From positions 1,017,804 through 1,081,803 of the forward strand of contig CAXXKR010000004.1 of assembly GCA_963674955.2 (NCBI GenBank): DNA of 64,000 nucleotides, given 5' to 3'. A model generated the notes under the pieces. That model was given only the letters and a program-made list of their open reading frames with translations, was not told the DNA's origin and searched no databases. Within the stretch, counting starts at the first letter, position 1. Every line of letters starts with the position of its first letter. Both the position numbers and the translations under genes were made by a program. The stretch comes from Desulfovibrionaceae bacterium. GTDB lineage: Bacteria; Desulfobacterota; Desulfovibrionia; Desulfovibrionales; Desulfovibrionaceae. Below are positions 26,340-35,139 of the stretch, piece by piece.

Positions 26340-27743
26340 CTATTTCTTTCGCCGGGCGATCTCCCTGGCCGGGATAATGCCCGTGGCGGCAGCGGAAACA
26401 ATGTTTCCGGCCACTCCCGGACCGTCTCCGGCCACGAACAATCCCTGGATTCCGGTTTCCAGGACCTTGCTGGTGTCCACCTGGGTGGCGAAAAACTTTA
26501 TTTCAGGGGCGTAGAGCAAGGTCTCGTCGTTGGAAACCCCCGGCACCACCTGATTCAGTTGCTCAAGGCCTTCCACGAGATTGGTCAAAATGCGCTCAGG
26601 CAAGGCCATTGCTATGTCGCCGCAGGTCACATTCTTCATGGTCGGTTCGATATAGCTGTGCTTGATCCTGTTCCAGGTGCTTCTGCGTCCGCGCTTGAGA
26701 TCGCCGAAGCGTTGCAGGATGGGCTTGCCGCCGCCGATAAGGGTGGCAAGTCGGCCTATGGATTCGCCGTAGCTCTGGTTGTCGGTCACCGGCTCGTTGA
26801 GCACCACCTTGGACAGAAAGGCGAAATTGGTGTTCTCGGATTTCCTGTCCATGTAGGCGTGGCCGTTGACGCAGACGAAATCCTGATAGTTTTCCAGGGC
26901 CACGTATCCGCCCTGGTTGGTGCAAAAGGTCCTGGTCTCGTCGTCGTATTTTGAGGTGCGGATGAAAAACGTCGGGTCGTAGATTATGGAGCACAGGTCC
27001 TGGGTGATCTCCTTGTGCACCTCCACGCGCACGCCGACCTCGATTCCGCGCTGGGACAGGCCCAGTCCGTGGCTTTTGGCCAGAGAGCCGACCCACTCCG
27101 CGCCTGCCCTGCCCGGAGCGAGTATGACGTTTTCGGCCCGGTATTCGGCCCGGCTGGTGGTCACGCCGACCACGCGCCCCTTTTCCACAAGGATGTCCTT
27201 GACATCCTCGGAGGTGTGCATGGTCACGCCGTTGTTGCGGATGTAGTCGGCCATGCCCGCTATGTGATTTGGCAGCTTGTCGCTGCCCAGATGTTTCTGC
27301 TTGATGACCAGAAGGTCTATGCCGTGTTTCCTGGCTTCCTTGCGAATGGCCTTGGCCGCGTCCATGTCTGTAGGATAGACTTGGCCGTCCATGCCGAAAC
27401 GGTTGAAGATTTCCTCCGTCTCGTCAATAAGCCGCATGGCCTTGGACGGGCTCAGGAACTGGGTCAGGTCGGTCTTGCCGAGCTTGTGGATGTAGTTGAG
27501 CTTGCCGTCGGAAAAAAGTCCCGCGCCGCCCTCGCCGCAAAGGATGTTGCAGGGCCTGCACTTGATGCAGGGGCTGTCCCCGGCGATGGGGCACTCGCGG
27601 TTCAGCGACCGTTTGCCCTTTTCAATGACCAGCACGTCAAGGCCGGTATGCTCGGCCAGATAGTAGGATGCGAAAAGTCCTGCCGGACCGGCACCCACTA
27701 TTATCACGTCGAATTCGGTTTTCGTCTGCTTGGTCGGCGCCAT
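26340..27743 (-). CDS. FAD-dependent oxidoreductase (COG2509-like uncharacterised dehydrogenase)
   Basis: It has an N-terminal dinucleotide fold (DVIIVGAGPAGLFASYYLAE ... VLVIEKG) and a C-terminal GLFVAGDGPGVAGNIVSAAATG motif. Confidence 0.7.
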   Translation of the reverse strand: MAPTKQTKTEFDVIIVGAGPAGLFASYYLAEHTGLDVLVIEKGKRSLNRECPIAGDSPCIKCRPCNILCGEGGAGLFSDGKLNYIHKLGKTDLTQFLSPSKAMRLIDETEEIFNRFGMDGQVYPTDMDAAKAIRKEARKHGIDLLVIKQKHLGSDKLPNHIAGMADYIRNNGVTMHTSEDVKDILVEKGRVVGVTTSRAEYRAENVILAPGRAGAEWVGSLAKSHGLGLSQRGIEVGVRVEVHKEITQDLCSIIYDPTFFIRTSKYDDETRTFCTNQGGYVALENYQDFVCVNGHAYMDRKSENTNFAFLSKVVLNEPVTDNQSYGESIGRLATLIGGGKPILQRFGDLKRGRRSTWNRIKHSYIEPTMKNVTCGDIAMALPERILTNLVEGLEQLNQVVPGVSNDETLLYAPEIKFFATQVDTSKVLETGIQGLFVAGDGPGVAGNIVSAAATGIIPAREIARRKK

Positions 27744-27852
27744 TCATATCTCCTGGGCGTGGGACAAGGGCGTCCGTGCAGACGCAATGGTTCCCAATCG
27801 GATTCTTTTCTTTAACATCGTCTGGATCAATCTTCTGAAGGTTGGGAAGGAG

Positions 27853-28233
27853 TCAGATCATCATGTCCATCAGGTAACCTGTGGTCTGATCCCAGTTGCG
27901 CACGGCCGCGACGTTGGCGGAAAAGGCGTTCTGGGTTCTGATCATGCCGGTCATTTCGGTGGCGATGTCGGTGTTGCTGCCCTCCACGTAACCGGGCACT
28001 CCCACCATCATCCCGGACTCGTTCATCCCGGGAATGGTGGCGGGAACGAGCGGCCCGTCGGCTGTGGATCGTGTGATGTCCTGGATACGCACACCGTATC
28101 CTTCGTCGCCGGTTTCCAGATGCACCCGGCTGGACTGAAACTCGTCCGTGTTCACGTTGGCCACATTGTTGGCCGTGACGTTCTGTTCCACTCCGAAAGC
28201 GGACAGGGCCTGAATATTGGCGTCAATTCTCAC
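27853..28233 (-). CDS. Small stand-alone flagellar rod-family protein (FlgB/FlgC-like, 126 aa)
   Basis: It has the N-terminal rod motif NVTANNVANVNTDEF and the C-terminal rod motif EGSNTDIATEMTGMIRTQNAFSANVAAVRNWDQTTGYLMD. The start is GTG after AGAGGTG. Confidence 0.65.
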   Translation of the reverse strand: MRIDANIQALSAFGVEQNVTANNVANVNTDEFQSSRVHLETGDEGYGVRIQDITRSTADGPLVPATIPGMNESGMMVGVPGYVEGSNTDIATEMTGMIRTQNAFSANVAAVRNWDQTTGYLMDMMI

Positions 28234-28317
28234 AATTCACCTCTGGCCGACTTGCGGCCGACAGCCTCCGGCCAAGGACCGAAACAGCGTTGCCCGCTGT
28301 TTTCCCTATTAAGGAAT

Positions 28318-29106
28318 TTAGCCCTTTTTCAAACTTCTTTCAATAGATGAATATGCCGAGTGGTCGTGGATGGATTCGAAGCTCTCAACCTCCACCTTGA
28401 ACCAGGTAATCTGGGGATGGTCGGCCAGCCCCTTGGCCGCCGTGCGAACCACGTCCTCCACAAAGCAGGGATTGGCAAAGGCCGCCTCGGTCACGAACTT
28501 CTCGTCCTCGCGCTTGAGCAGGGAGTAGACTGGGGACGATCCGGCGGCCTCGGCCAGTTCGATGAGGTCCTCCAGCCAGAGAAATCCCTTGTACCGGGCC
28601 ATGACACTGACCATGGCCCGCTGGCTGTGCGCCCCCTCGTCGCTGATGGCCTTGGAACAGGGACAAACCGTCATGATCGGCACTTCCACACCCAGGGTGA
28701 AATCCAGTCTTCCGTCCTGGTATTCCCCGATCACACTGCAGGTATAACTCATCAGCCCTTTGCTCCCGCTCATGGGCGACGACTGGCGCAGAAAGTAGGG
28801 AAAAACAAAACGGGCAAAGGCCTTCCTGGCCTGAAGACGCTTGGCTATGTCCGAAAGAAGACCCTTGAACGAAGCATAGCTTAGGTCCTCGGACCAGTCC
28901 TCAAGGGCCTCCACGAAACGGCTCATGTGCGTGCCCTTGAACTCCGCAGGGAGATCAACGGACAAATCCACGCTGGCCACGGTATGCTGGGTGCCGGACT
29001 CCCTGTCCCGGACCACCAGGGGCAGCCTGAGTCCCTTGACCCCTACGCGGTCTATGGGCAACGAGACGTCCGAAGGCCCGCTCTGTACGTCCTGCATGGG
29101 CTTCAT
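28318..29106 (-). CDS. folE2: GTP cyclohydrolase FolE2 (type IB)
   Basis: [40 protein letters not shown] and [21 protein letters not shown] are conserved FolE2/MptA-family motifs. Confidence 0.85.
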   Translation of the reverse strand: MKPMQDVQSGPSDVSLPIDRVGVKGLRLPLVVRDRESGTQHTVASVDLSVDLPAEFKGTHMSRFVEALEDWSEDLSYASFKGLLSDIAKRLQARKAFARFVFPYFLRQSSPMSGSKGLMSYTCSVIGEYQDGRLDFTLGVEVPIMTVCPCSKAISDEGAHSQRAMVSVMARYKGFLWLEDLIELAEAAGSSPVYSLLKREDEKFVTEAAFANPCFVEDVVRTAAKGLADHPQITWFKVEVESFESIHDHSAYSSIERSLKKG

Positions 29107-29526
29107 TTAAGTAAGTTCATGCCCGGTGGTGGTCAGGCCGAGATTGCCGTGCTTCACTCCCTTGGTGGAGATGAGCCTCTGCCCCAGGGACTTGATCTTT
29201 TCGGCCTCGCCCTTGAGCACCAGCACTTCAAGGCAGTTGTGATGATCCAGGTGCACGTGCAGGGTGGAAAGGATCACTTCGTGGACCTCGTGCTGAATCT
29301 CGGTCAGCTTCTGTGCCAGACCGCTCTGGTGGTGGTCGTAGACCATGGACAGGGTTCCCGCCAGCTCGCCGCTGGACTGTTCCCACTCCTGCTGCACCAG
29401 CTTGTTGCGGATCAGGTCCCTGATGGCCTCGGATCTGGTCTGGTAGCTTTTTTCATCGCACAGCTTGTCGAACTTGGTCAGAAGATCGGAATCAAGCGAT
29501 ACACCGAATCGAATGGTCTTGCCCAT
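29107..29526 (-). CDS. nikR: Nickel-responsive regulator NikR (RHH plus ACT-like metal-binding domain)
   Basis: [36 protein letters not shown] is the RHH domain. [28 protein letters not shown] carries the His/Cys nickel-site pattern. The start is set at the ATG after GGAGG. The stop TAA is immediately followed by the folE2 ATG. Confidence 0.85.
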   Translation of the reverse strand: MGKTIRFGVSLDSDLLTKFDKLCDEKSYQTRSEAIRDLIRNKLVQQEWEQSSGELAGTLSMVYDHHQSGLAQKLTEIQHEVHEVILSTLHVHLDHHNCLEVLVLKGEAEKIKSLGQRLISTKGVKHGNLGLTTTGHELT

Positions 29527-29550
29527 GTCTGCCTCCAGCAATAGGTTTGT

Positions 29551-30276
29551 TCAAGGTCTGGTCATGCTCCAGATGTTGACCGTGGCGTTCTGCCCGCCAA
29601 AGGACTCCTTCCCGGTCTGAACCTTTTCCACCTGAAACCCGCTCTTTTGGAGCCTGTCCCATACGGGTCCGGATACGTTCCGTTCCTGGTCCGCAATCCA
29701 GATGACGCCGCCGGGAGCCAAAGCCCATTTGAAAAAATCACGCAGCGGCTCGAAAAAACGCTTCTCGTAAAAAATATCCCCGCCCCAGATGAAGGAACAG
29801 GATTTTTCCTTGATTCCCGACATTCGCCAGTCCATCTGAGTCCACAAGGGACTTTCAACACGGTTGAGCACGGTGTTGATCCGCGCCCACTCAAGGGCTT
29901 CCAGTTCATAATCCAGGGCCAGCACCTTCGCCCCCATGTCGGCGGCAACAAGGGCGGTCAGGCCCAGGCCGCAGCCAACGTCCAGACATATCCGGTCCCT
30001 GATCCGGTCCCTGTTGGCGTTCAGCCACTTGGCCAGGGCCAGGCTTGAGGGCCATATCTCGGCCCAGTAGGGCAGCCTTTCGTCGTCACCCAAATCAGCG
30101 CCGATGCTTTCCCACAGGGTCTCAAGATCTGCGGTGCGCCTGATTGTCCAGATCCGCCCGTTCAACGAAATCTCCAGGCTCCGCCCTTCATTTTCAGTGC
30201 TATTGCTGTTCATCTGCGTTATGTTGTCCAAAAAATTCGGGCCGCACACTATGTTAAGGCAAAATAACAAGGGCAT
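29551..30276 (-). CDS. Class I SAM-dependent methyltransferase (protein-lysine methyltransferase-like)
   Basis: EIWPSSLALAKWL...ICLDVGCGLGLTALVAADMGAKVLALDYE is SAM-binding motif I with the Methyltransf_16-like context. The start is uncertain; an alternative ATG lies at 30213. Confidence 0.7.
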   Translation of the reverse strand: MPLLFCLNIVCGPNFLDNITQMNSNSTENEGRSLEISLNGRIWTIRRTADLETLWESIGADLGDDERLPYWAEIWPSSLALAKWLNANRDRIRDRICLDVGCGLGLTALVAADMGAKVLALDYELEALEWARINTVLNRVESPLWTQMDWRMSGIKEKSCSFIWGGDIFYEKRFFEPLRDFFKWALAPGGVIWIADQERNVSGPVWDRLQKSGFQVEKVQTGKESFGGQNATVNIWSMTRP

Positions 30277-30468
30277 AGTGTTATTGGCAAGCGTTTTTTT
30301 GTCATCACTAATGCCTTCTGCGACAACCCGGTGACACGCATTGCTCTTGTTTCCTTCCGCCCGGCATGGCCGCCCATTTGAAATTAAGGCTAAAATTAGG
30401 GTTCAATTTCCAAAAAAGGAATGATAACAAGATGCACCCAAAGCAACCAAGCACAACCAGGAGGAAAC

Positions 30469-30849
30469 ATGATTCCCCAGGATTTACTTTACGACAAGAC
30501 CCATGAATGGGCAAAGATCGAAGGCGAGATCGTGACCATTGGCATCACCCACTTTGCCCAGGAACAGCTCGGCGATCTCACCTACGTCGAGCTGCCCGAC
30601 GTCGGCGACACTTTCAGCCAGGGCAATGAAATCGGGTCCGTGGAATCCGTCAAGGCAGCCAGCGAAATCTACACTCCCGTGGCCGGAGAGGTCGTGGAAG
30701 TCAACGAGGCTCTGGAAGACGCGCCCGAAAAGGTCAACGAAGAGCCGTACGGCGCTGGCTGGCTGTTGAAATTCAAGGTCTCGCAGGCCCCTGAGGGGCT
30801 GCTCACGGCCGACGAGTACCAGATATTCATCGAATCGGAAGCACACTAA
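30469..30849 (+). CDS. gcvH: Glycine cleavage system H protein
   Basis: [36 protein letters not shown] and the lipoyl-lysine context [22 protein letters not shown] match GcvH. The start is at ATG 30469, after AGGAGGA. Confidence 0.9.
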   Translation: MIPQDLLYDKTHEWAKIEGEIVTIGITHFAQEQLGDLTYVELPDVGDTFSQGNEIGSVESVKAASEIYTPVAGEVVEVNEALEDAPEKVNEEPYGAGWLLKFKVSQAPEGLLTADEYQIFIESEAH

Positions 30850-30870
30850 CTCCCAAGGAGTATCCCGGCA

Positions 30871-32205
30871 ATGCCCTTTGTCCCACATACCCCGGACGAG
30901 ATTCGGGAAATGCTCGAAGTCATAGGCGTGGACTCGGTGGCGGACCTCTTTGCCGAAATCGGCCCGGAGATGCAGCCCAAGAGCTTTGACCTGGCCAACG
31001 GCAAAAGCGAAATGGAAGTGCTGGAGCACATGGAACGCCTGGCCGACAGGAACCTGAGCGATCAGTTCAGCTTTCTCGGAGCGGGATTCTACGACCACCA
31101 CATCCCGGCGGCCGTCGGAGCGCTTACCTCGCGCAGTGAATTCTACACGGCCTACACCCCGTATCAGCCCGAGGCGGCCCAAGGCACCCTGCAGGCCATA
31201 TTCGAATACCAGACCGCCATGACCCGAATCATGGGCATGGAATGCGCCAACGCTTCGGTATATGACGGCGGCACCGCCCTGTACGAAGCGGCCATGATGG
31301 CCGTGCGCAAGACCAAGCGCAACAGACTTGTGGTCAGCGAAGGGCTGAACCCCATCTACAGGGTCATGCTCGACTCCTACACCACCAACCTGAACCTTGA
31401 ACTGATCACCGTGCCCCACGTCAAGGGGCAGACCGACGCGGCCGGGCTGATGAAGGCCCTGGACGACAACACGGCGGCAGTGCTGGTCCAGAACCCCAAT
31501 TTCTTCGGCAGCGTCAATGACTTCAGCGACCTCTTCGCCGCCGCCAAGGAAAAGAAGGCCGTATCCATCATTTCCGCCTACCCTGTGTTGCAGTCGGTGC
31601 TCAAGACCCCCGGCGAAATGCAGGCCGACATCGCAGTGGCCGAAGGCCAAAGCCTTGGACTGCCCCTTTCATTCGGCGGCCCCTATCTCGGCGTCATGAC
31701 CTGCACCAAGGCCATGATCCGCCAGATGCCAGGACGCATAGCCGGACGCACCCAGGACGATCAGGGGCGCACCGGATATGTGCTGACTCTGCAAGCCCGT
31801 GAGCAGCACATCCGCCGCCAAAGGGCCACGTCCAACATCTGCTCCAATCAGGCCCTGTGCGCCCTGCGCGCCCTGATTCACGTCTGCCTGCTGGGACAGG
31901 AAGGACTCAGGCGGACCGCCCAGACAAGCATCGAACGCGCCCATTACGCGGCCAAGCGCCTGAGCTCCATCCCCGGAGTGGAGCTGCTCACCGACGGCCC
32001 CTTCGGCAACGAATTCGCCGTCACCCTGCCCGTAAATGCCTTCGAGGTCATCGACGCGCTCACCGGGCGCGGCATCGTGCCGGGCTTTCCCCTGGGACGC
32101 TATTACAAGGGTCTGGAGAACGGGCTGCTCGTGGCCTGCACCGAAAAGAACACAAAGGAACAAATCGGCATATTCGCCGAGATGCTGCAAGGTATTCTGT
32201 CATGA
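30871..32205 (+). CDS. gcvPA: Glycine dehydrogenase (decarboxylating) subunit 1
   Basis: FLGAGFYDHHIPAAV, SEFYTAYTPYQPEAAQGTLQAIFEYQT and NASVYDGGTA are the GcvPA signature. Confidence 0.9.
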   Translation: MPFVPHTPDEIREMLEVIGVDSVADLFAEIGPEMQPKSFDLANGKSEMEVLEHMERLADRNLSDQFSFLGAGFYDHHIPAAVGALTSRSEFYTAYTPYQPEAAQGTLQAIFEYQTAMTRIMGMECANASVYDGGTALYEAAMMAVRKTKRNRLVVSEGLNPIYRVMLDSYTTNLNLELITVPHVKGQTDAAGLMKALDDNTAAVLVQNPNFFGSVNDFSDLFAAAKEKKAVSIISAYPVLQSVLKTPGEMQADIAVAEGQSLGLPLSFGGPYLGVMTCTKAMIRQMPGRIAGRTQDDQGRTGYVLTLQAREQHIRRQRATSNICSNQALCALRALIHVCLLGQEGLRRTAQTSIERAHYAAKRLSSIPGVELLTDGPFGNEFAVTLPVNAFEVIDALTGRGIVPGFPLGRYYKGLENGLLVACTEKNTKEQIGIFAEMLQGILS

Positions 32206-33647
32206 AGACCATATACGACAAGTCGATCCCCGGGCGCGAAGGCGTCTGGCCCAGAAAGCCCGAAGGCGTTCTTGAGGATTTCATCCCCGGAAACCTGCTG
32301 AGGTCCGGAGACACGAACCTGCCTTCGGTTTCCGAGCTTGACGTGGTCCGCCACTTCACCAGGCTCTCCCAGAAAAACTATGGCGTGGACGGGAATTTCT
32401 ACCCCCTCGGTTCCTGCACCATGAAATACAACCCCAAGTTCACGGAAACCGTGGCCGCAATGCCCGGATTCACCAGGCTGCATCCGGTCCTGCCCCAGCT
32501 CAAGGGAGCGGGCAGGCTCTGCCAGGGAGCGCTGGGGGTCATGCACGACCTGGAAAAGATGCTCTGTGAAATCTGCGGCATGGCCGCCTTTACCCTGCAT
32601 CCCATGGCCGGCGCCCACGGCGAACTGACCGGAGCCATGATCATGGCCGCCTATCATAAGGACAAGGGCAACAATAAGACCAAAATCATCTGCCCGGACT
32701 CGGCCCACGGCACCAACCCCGCTTCCGCCGCCATCGCCGGTTTCGACGTTGTGAACATCGACTCCAAGGACGGCATTGTCGATCCCGAAGCCCTGCGCGA
32801 AGTGCTTGACGACGAGGTGGCGGGCATGATGATGACCTGCCCCAACACACTCGGCCTTTTCGAGCGCAACCTGCCTGAAATCGTGGACATGCTCCGGGAA
32901 GTGGACGCCCTGCTCTATTACGACGGCGCGAACCTGAACGCGGTCATGGGCAAGATGCGCGTGGGCGACGTGGGCTTCGACGTGGTTCACCTGAACCTGC
33001 ACAAGACGTTCGCCACGCCCCACGGCGGCGGCGGTCCCGGTTCCGGTCCGGTCGGCGTCTGCAAAAGGCTGGAACCATATCTGCCCATCTCCCGCGTGGC
33101 CAAGCTGGAAGACGGCCAGTATTTTCTGGACTACGACTACCCCAAATCCATCGGCTACGTGGCCCCGTTCTACGGAAACTTCGGGGTGGCCCTCAAGGCC
33201 TACGCCTACATCCTGCGGCTGGGCCGCGATGGCCTGACCAGGGCCACGGAAGGCGCGGTCCTGGCGGCCAACTACATGCGCAAGAGGCTGGAGGACTACC
33301 TGCAGGTCCCCTACAACCGAATCTGCATGCACGAATTCGTGGCCTCGGCGGTCAAGCAGGCGGAAAAAGGCGTCCGCGCCCTGGACATTGCCAAGGCGCT
33401 CCTGGACAGAGGCTATCACGCCCCCACCGTTTACTTCCCGCTGATCATCAAGGAAGCCATCATGGTCGAACCCACCGAGACGGAAAACAAGGAAACCCTG
33501 GACAAATTCGTGGACGATCTCATTGAGATAGCCAAGCTGGCCGATTCCGATCCCGAAAGCCTGCAGGCCGCGCCCGTCAGCCTGCCCGTGGGTCGCCTGG
33601 ACGAGACCAAGGCCGCCAGGGCAATGGAACTGACCGATGACCTATGA
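32202..33647 (+). CDS. gcvPB: Glycine dehydrogenase (decarboxylating) subunit 2
   Basis: HFTRLSQKNYGVDGNFYPLGSCTMKYNP is present, with the PLP-lysine context HLNLHKTFATPHGGGGPG. The true start is ATG 32202, which overlaps the gcvPA stop (ATGA). The track ORF from 31857 is an in-frame upstream extension. Confidence 0.9.
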   Translation: MKTIYDKSIPGREGVWPRKPEGVLEDFIPGNLLRSGDTNLPSVSELDVVRHFTRLSQKNYGVDGNFYPLGSCTMKYNPKFTETVAAMPGFTRLHPVLPQLKGAGRLCQGALGVMHDLEKMLCEICGMAAFTLHPMAGAHGELTGAMIMAAYHKDKGNNKTKIICPDSAHGTNPASAAIAGFDVVNIDSKDGIVDPEALREVLDDEVAGMMMTCPNTLGLFERNLPEIVDMLREVDALLYYDGANLNAVMGKMRVGDVGFDVVHLNLHKTFATPHGGGGPGSGPVGVCKRLEPYLPISRVAKLEDGQYFLDYDYPKSIGYVAPFYGNFGVALKAYAYILRLGRDGLTRATEGAVLAANYMRKRLEDYLQVPYNRICMHEFVASAVKQAEKGVRALDIAKALLDRGYHAPTVYFPLIIKEAIMVEPTETENKETLDKFVDDLIEIAKLADSDPESLQAAPVSLPVGRLDETKAARAMELTDDL

Positions 33648-34995
33648 TCTCGTGGTGTTGGGGGCCGGGCCGGGAGGCTATGACGCCGCCGTCCTGGCCG
33701 CCGGACGCGGATTGAAGACCGCGCTCATTGAAAAGGACGAGATGGGCGGAACCTGTCTGAACCGGGGCTGCATCCCCACCAAGCTCATGCTCGGAGCCAC
33801 TTCCTCCCTGGAGGAAGTGGCCAACCAGTCCAAGGTCAAGATCATTTCCGGCGACATAGCCGTGGACTTTCCGGCCGTGCAAAGACGCAAGGAGCGGCTG
33901 CTGGGCGCGACGCGCAAGGCCATGTCCCAGCGGCTGAAAAACCTCGGCGCGGACCTGTTTCCAGGCCGGGGCAGTCTTGCCGGACCGGAAAACATCGAAA
34001 TCGTCTCGGACAATGGCCAGGAAACAGTCCAGTTCAAGAACCTGATCATCGCCACAGGCTCCAGCCCGTCCTCATTTCCGGGCATGGCTCCTGACGGCGA
34101 CGCGGTCATCGACTCCACAGGTTTCCTGAAACTCGAAGACATCCCCAAAAGCCTGATCGTCATCGGCGCGGGCTACATCGGCCTGGAGATGGCCCAGATC
34201 GCCCACCGGCTGGGAGCGGACATCACCATACTGGACTATGCCGAACGCATGGCCCCCATGGAAGACCCGGAGGTCTCCAAGGCCCTGCAATCCTCATTCA
34301 AGCGCAGGAAATGGGACATCCGTCTGGGAGTCAAGGTTTCCTCGGTGGCCACCAAAAGCGGCAAGGCCCTGCTGACCCTGGACACAGGCGAGGAGCTTGA
34401 AGCCGACAAGGCCCTTGTGGCCGTGGGGCGCAGACCAAACACCGGCGACCTCGGACTGGAAAAGGCGGGAATCGAAACATCCGGCCCCGGCTGGATCAAC
34501 GTGGACCGGAATCTCGCGGCCGCTCCCGGCATCTACGCCGTGGGCGATGTCAACGGCAGGGCCATGCTGGCCCATGCGGCCTCGCATCAGGCCCACTACG
34601 TGGTGAGCCGCATTGCCGGGGAAAACGACAATCCCTACTCCGCATCGGTCCCCAGCGTGCTCTACGGCTCTCCGGAGGCCATGTGCGTGGGCGCAAAGGC
34701 CCACGAACTGAAGGACAAGGGCGAACCCTGCCTGGTTTCCAGCTTTCAACTGGCGGCCAGCCCAATGGCCCAGGCCCATGCGGCCACCCAGGGCTTCGTA
34801 AAGGTCGTCTGGTCCGGAGACAGGATTGTCGGAGTCACCGCGGTGGGCCACGACGTTTCGCGCCTGACCACGGCGGCGGGCATGATGGTCGAACAGGGCT
34901 GGACCGTGAAGGACGCGGAAAAGTTCATATTTCACCACCCCTCGCTGGACGAAATGCTCAAGGAAGCCATTCTGTCCGAACAAAGGGAAGCCTGA
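33637..34995 (+). CDS. lpd: Dihydrolipoyl dehydrogenase (L protein)
   Basis: The FAD fold DLVVLGAGPGGYDAA, the redox disulfide GGTCLNRGCIPTK, and the C-terminal HAHPSL-like motif (FHHPSLDE) are all present. Confidence 0.9.
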   Translation: MTYDLVVLGAGPGGYDAAVLAAGRGLKTALIEKDEMGGTCLNRGCIPTKLMLGATSSLEEVANQSKVKIISGDIAVDFPAVQRRKERLLGATRKAMSQRLKNLGADLFPGRGSLAGPENIEIVSDNGQETVQFKNLIIATGSSPSSFPGMAPDGDAVIDSTGFLKLEDIPKSLIVIGAGYIGLEMAQIAHRLGADITILDYAERMAPMEDPEVSKALQSSFKRRKWDIRLGVKVSSVATKSGKALLTLDTGEELEADKALVAVGRRPNTGDLGLEKAGIETSGPGWINVDRNLAAAPGIYAVGDVNGRAMLAHAASHQAHYVVSRIAGENDNPYSASVPSVLYGSPEAMCVGAKAHELKDKGEPCLVSSFQLAASPMAQAHAATQGFVKVVWSGDRIVGVTAVGHDVSRLTTAAGMMVEQGWTVKDAEKFIFHHPSLDEMLKEAILSEQREA

Positions 34996-35139
34996 GGGCT
35001 TAAAGAATATCTCTTAGCAAAAGACCCAAATGGCTTGAACGCGAAACGCAAAAAAGGCTCAAGTCCGGTGTGCGCAAAAGATGCACGGGGATTTGAGCCT
35101 TGTCACGCAACACAGCGCTCAAGCCTTGGAAGACGGCAA

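Noticed and set aside
30277-30468. A glycine riboswitch upstream of gcvH.
   Set aside because: I could not find the conserved glycine-aptamer core elements by eye. I am leaving it as not supported rather than absent. A covariance-model search would be decisive.
31857-32201. An N-terminal extension of gcvPB (the 596-aa track ORF).
   Set aside because: The extension lies inside gcvPA in another frame and translates to Arg/Pro-rich sequence. The conserved GcvPB N-terminus (MKTIYDKSIPGREG) starts at 32202, overlapping the gcvPA stop.
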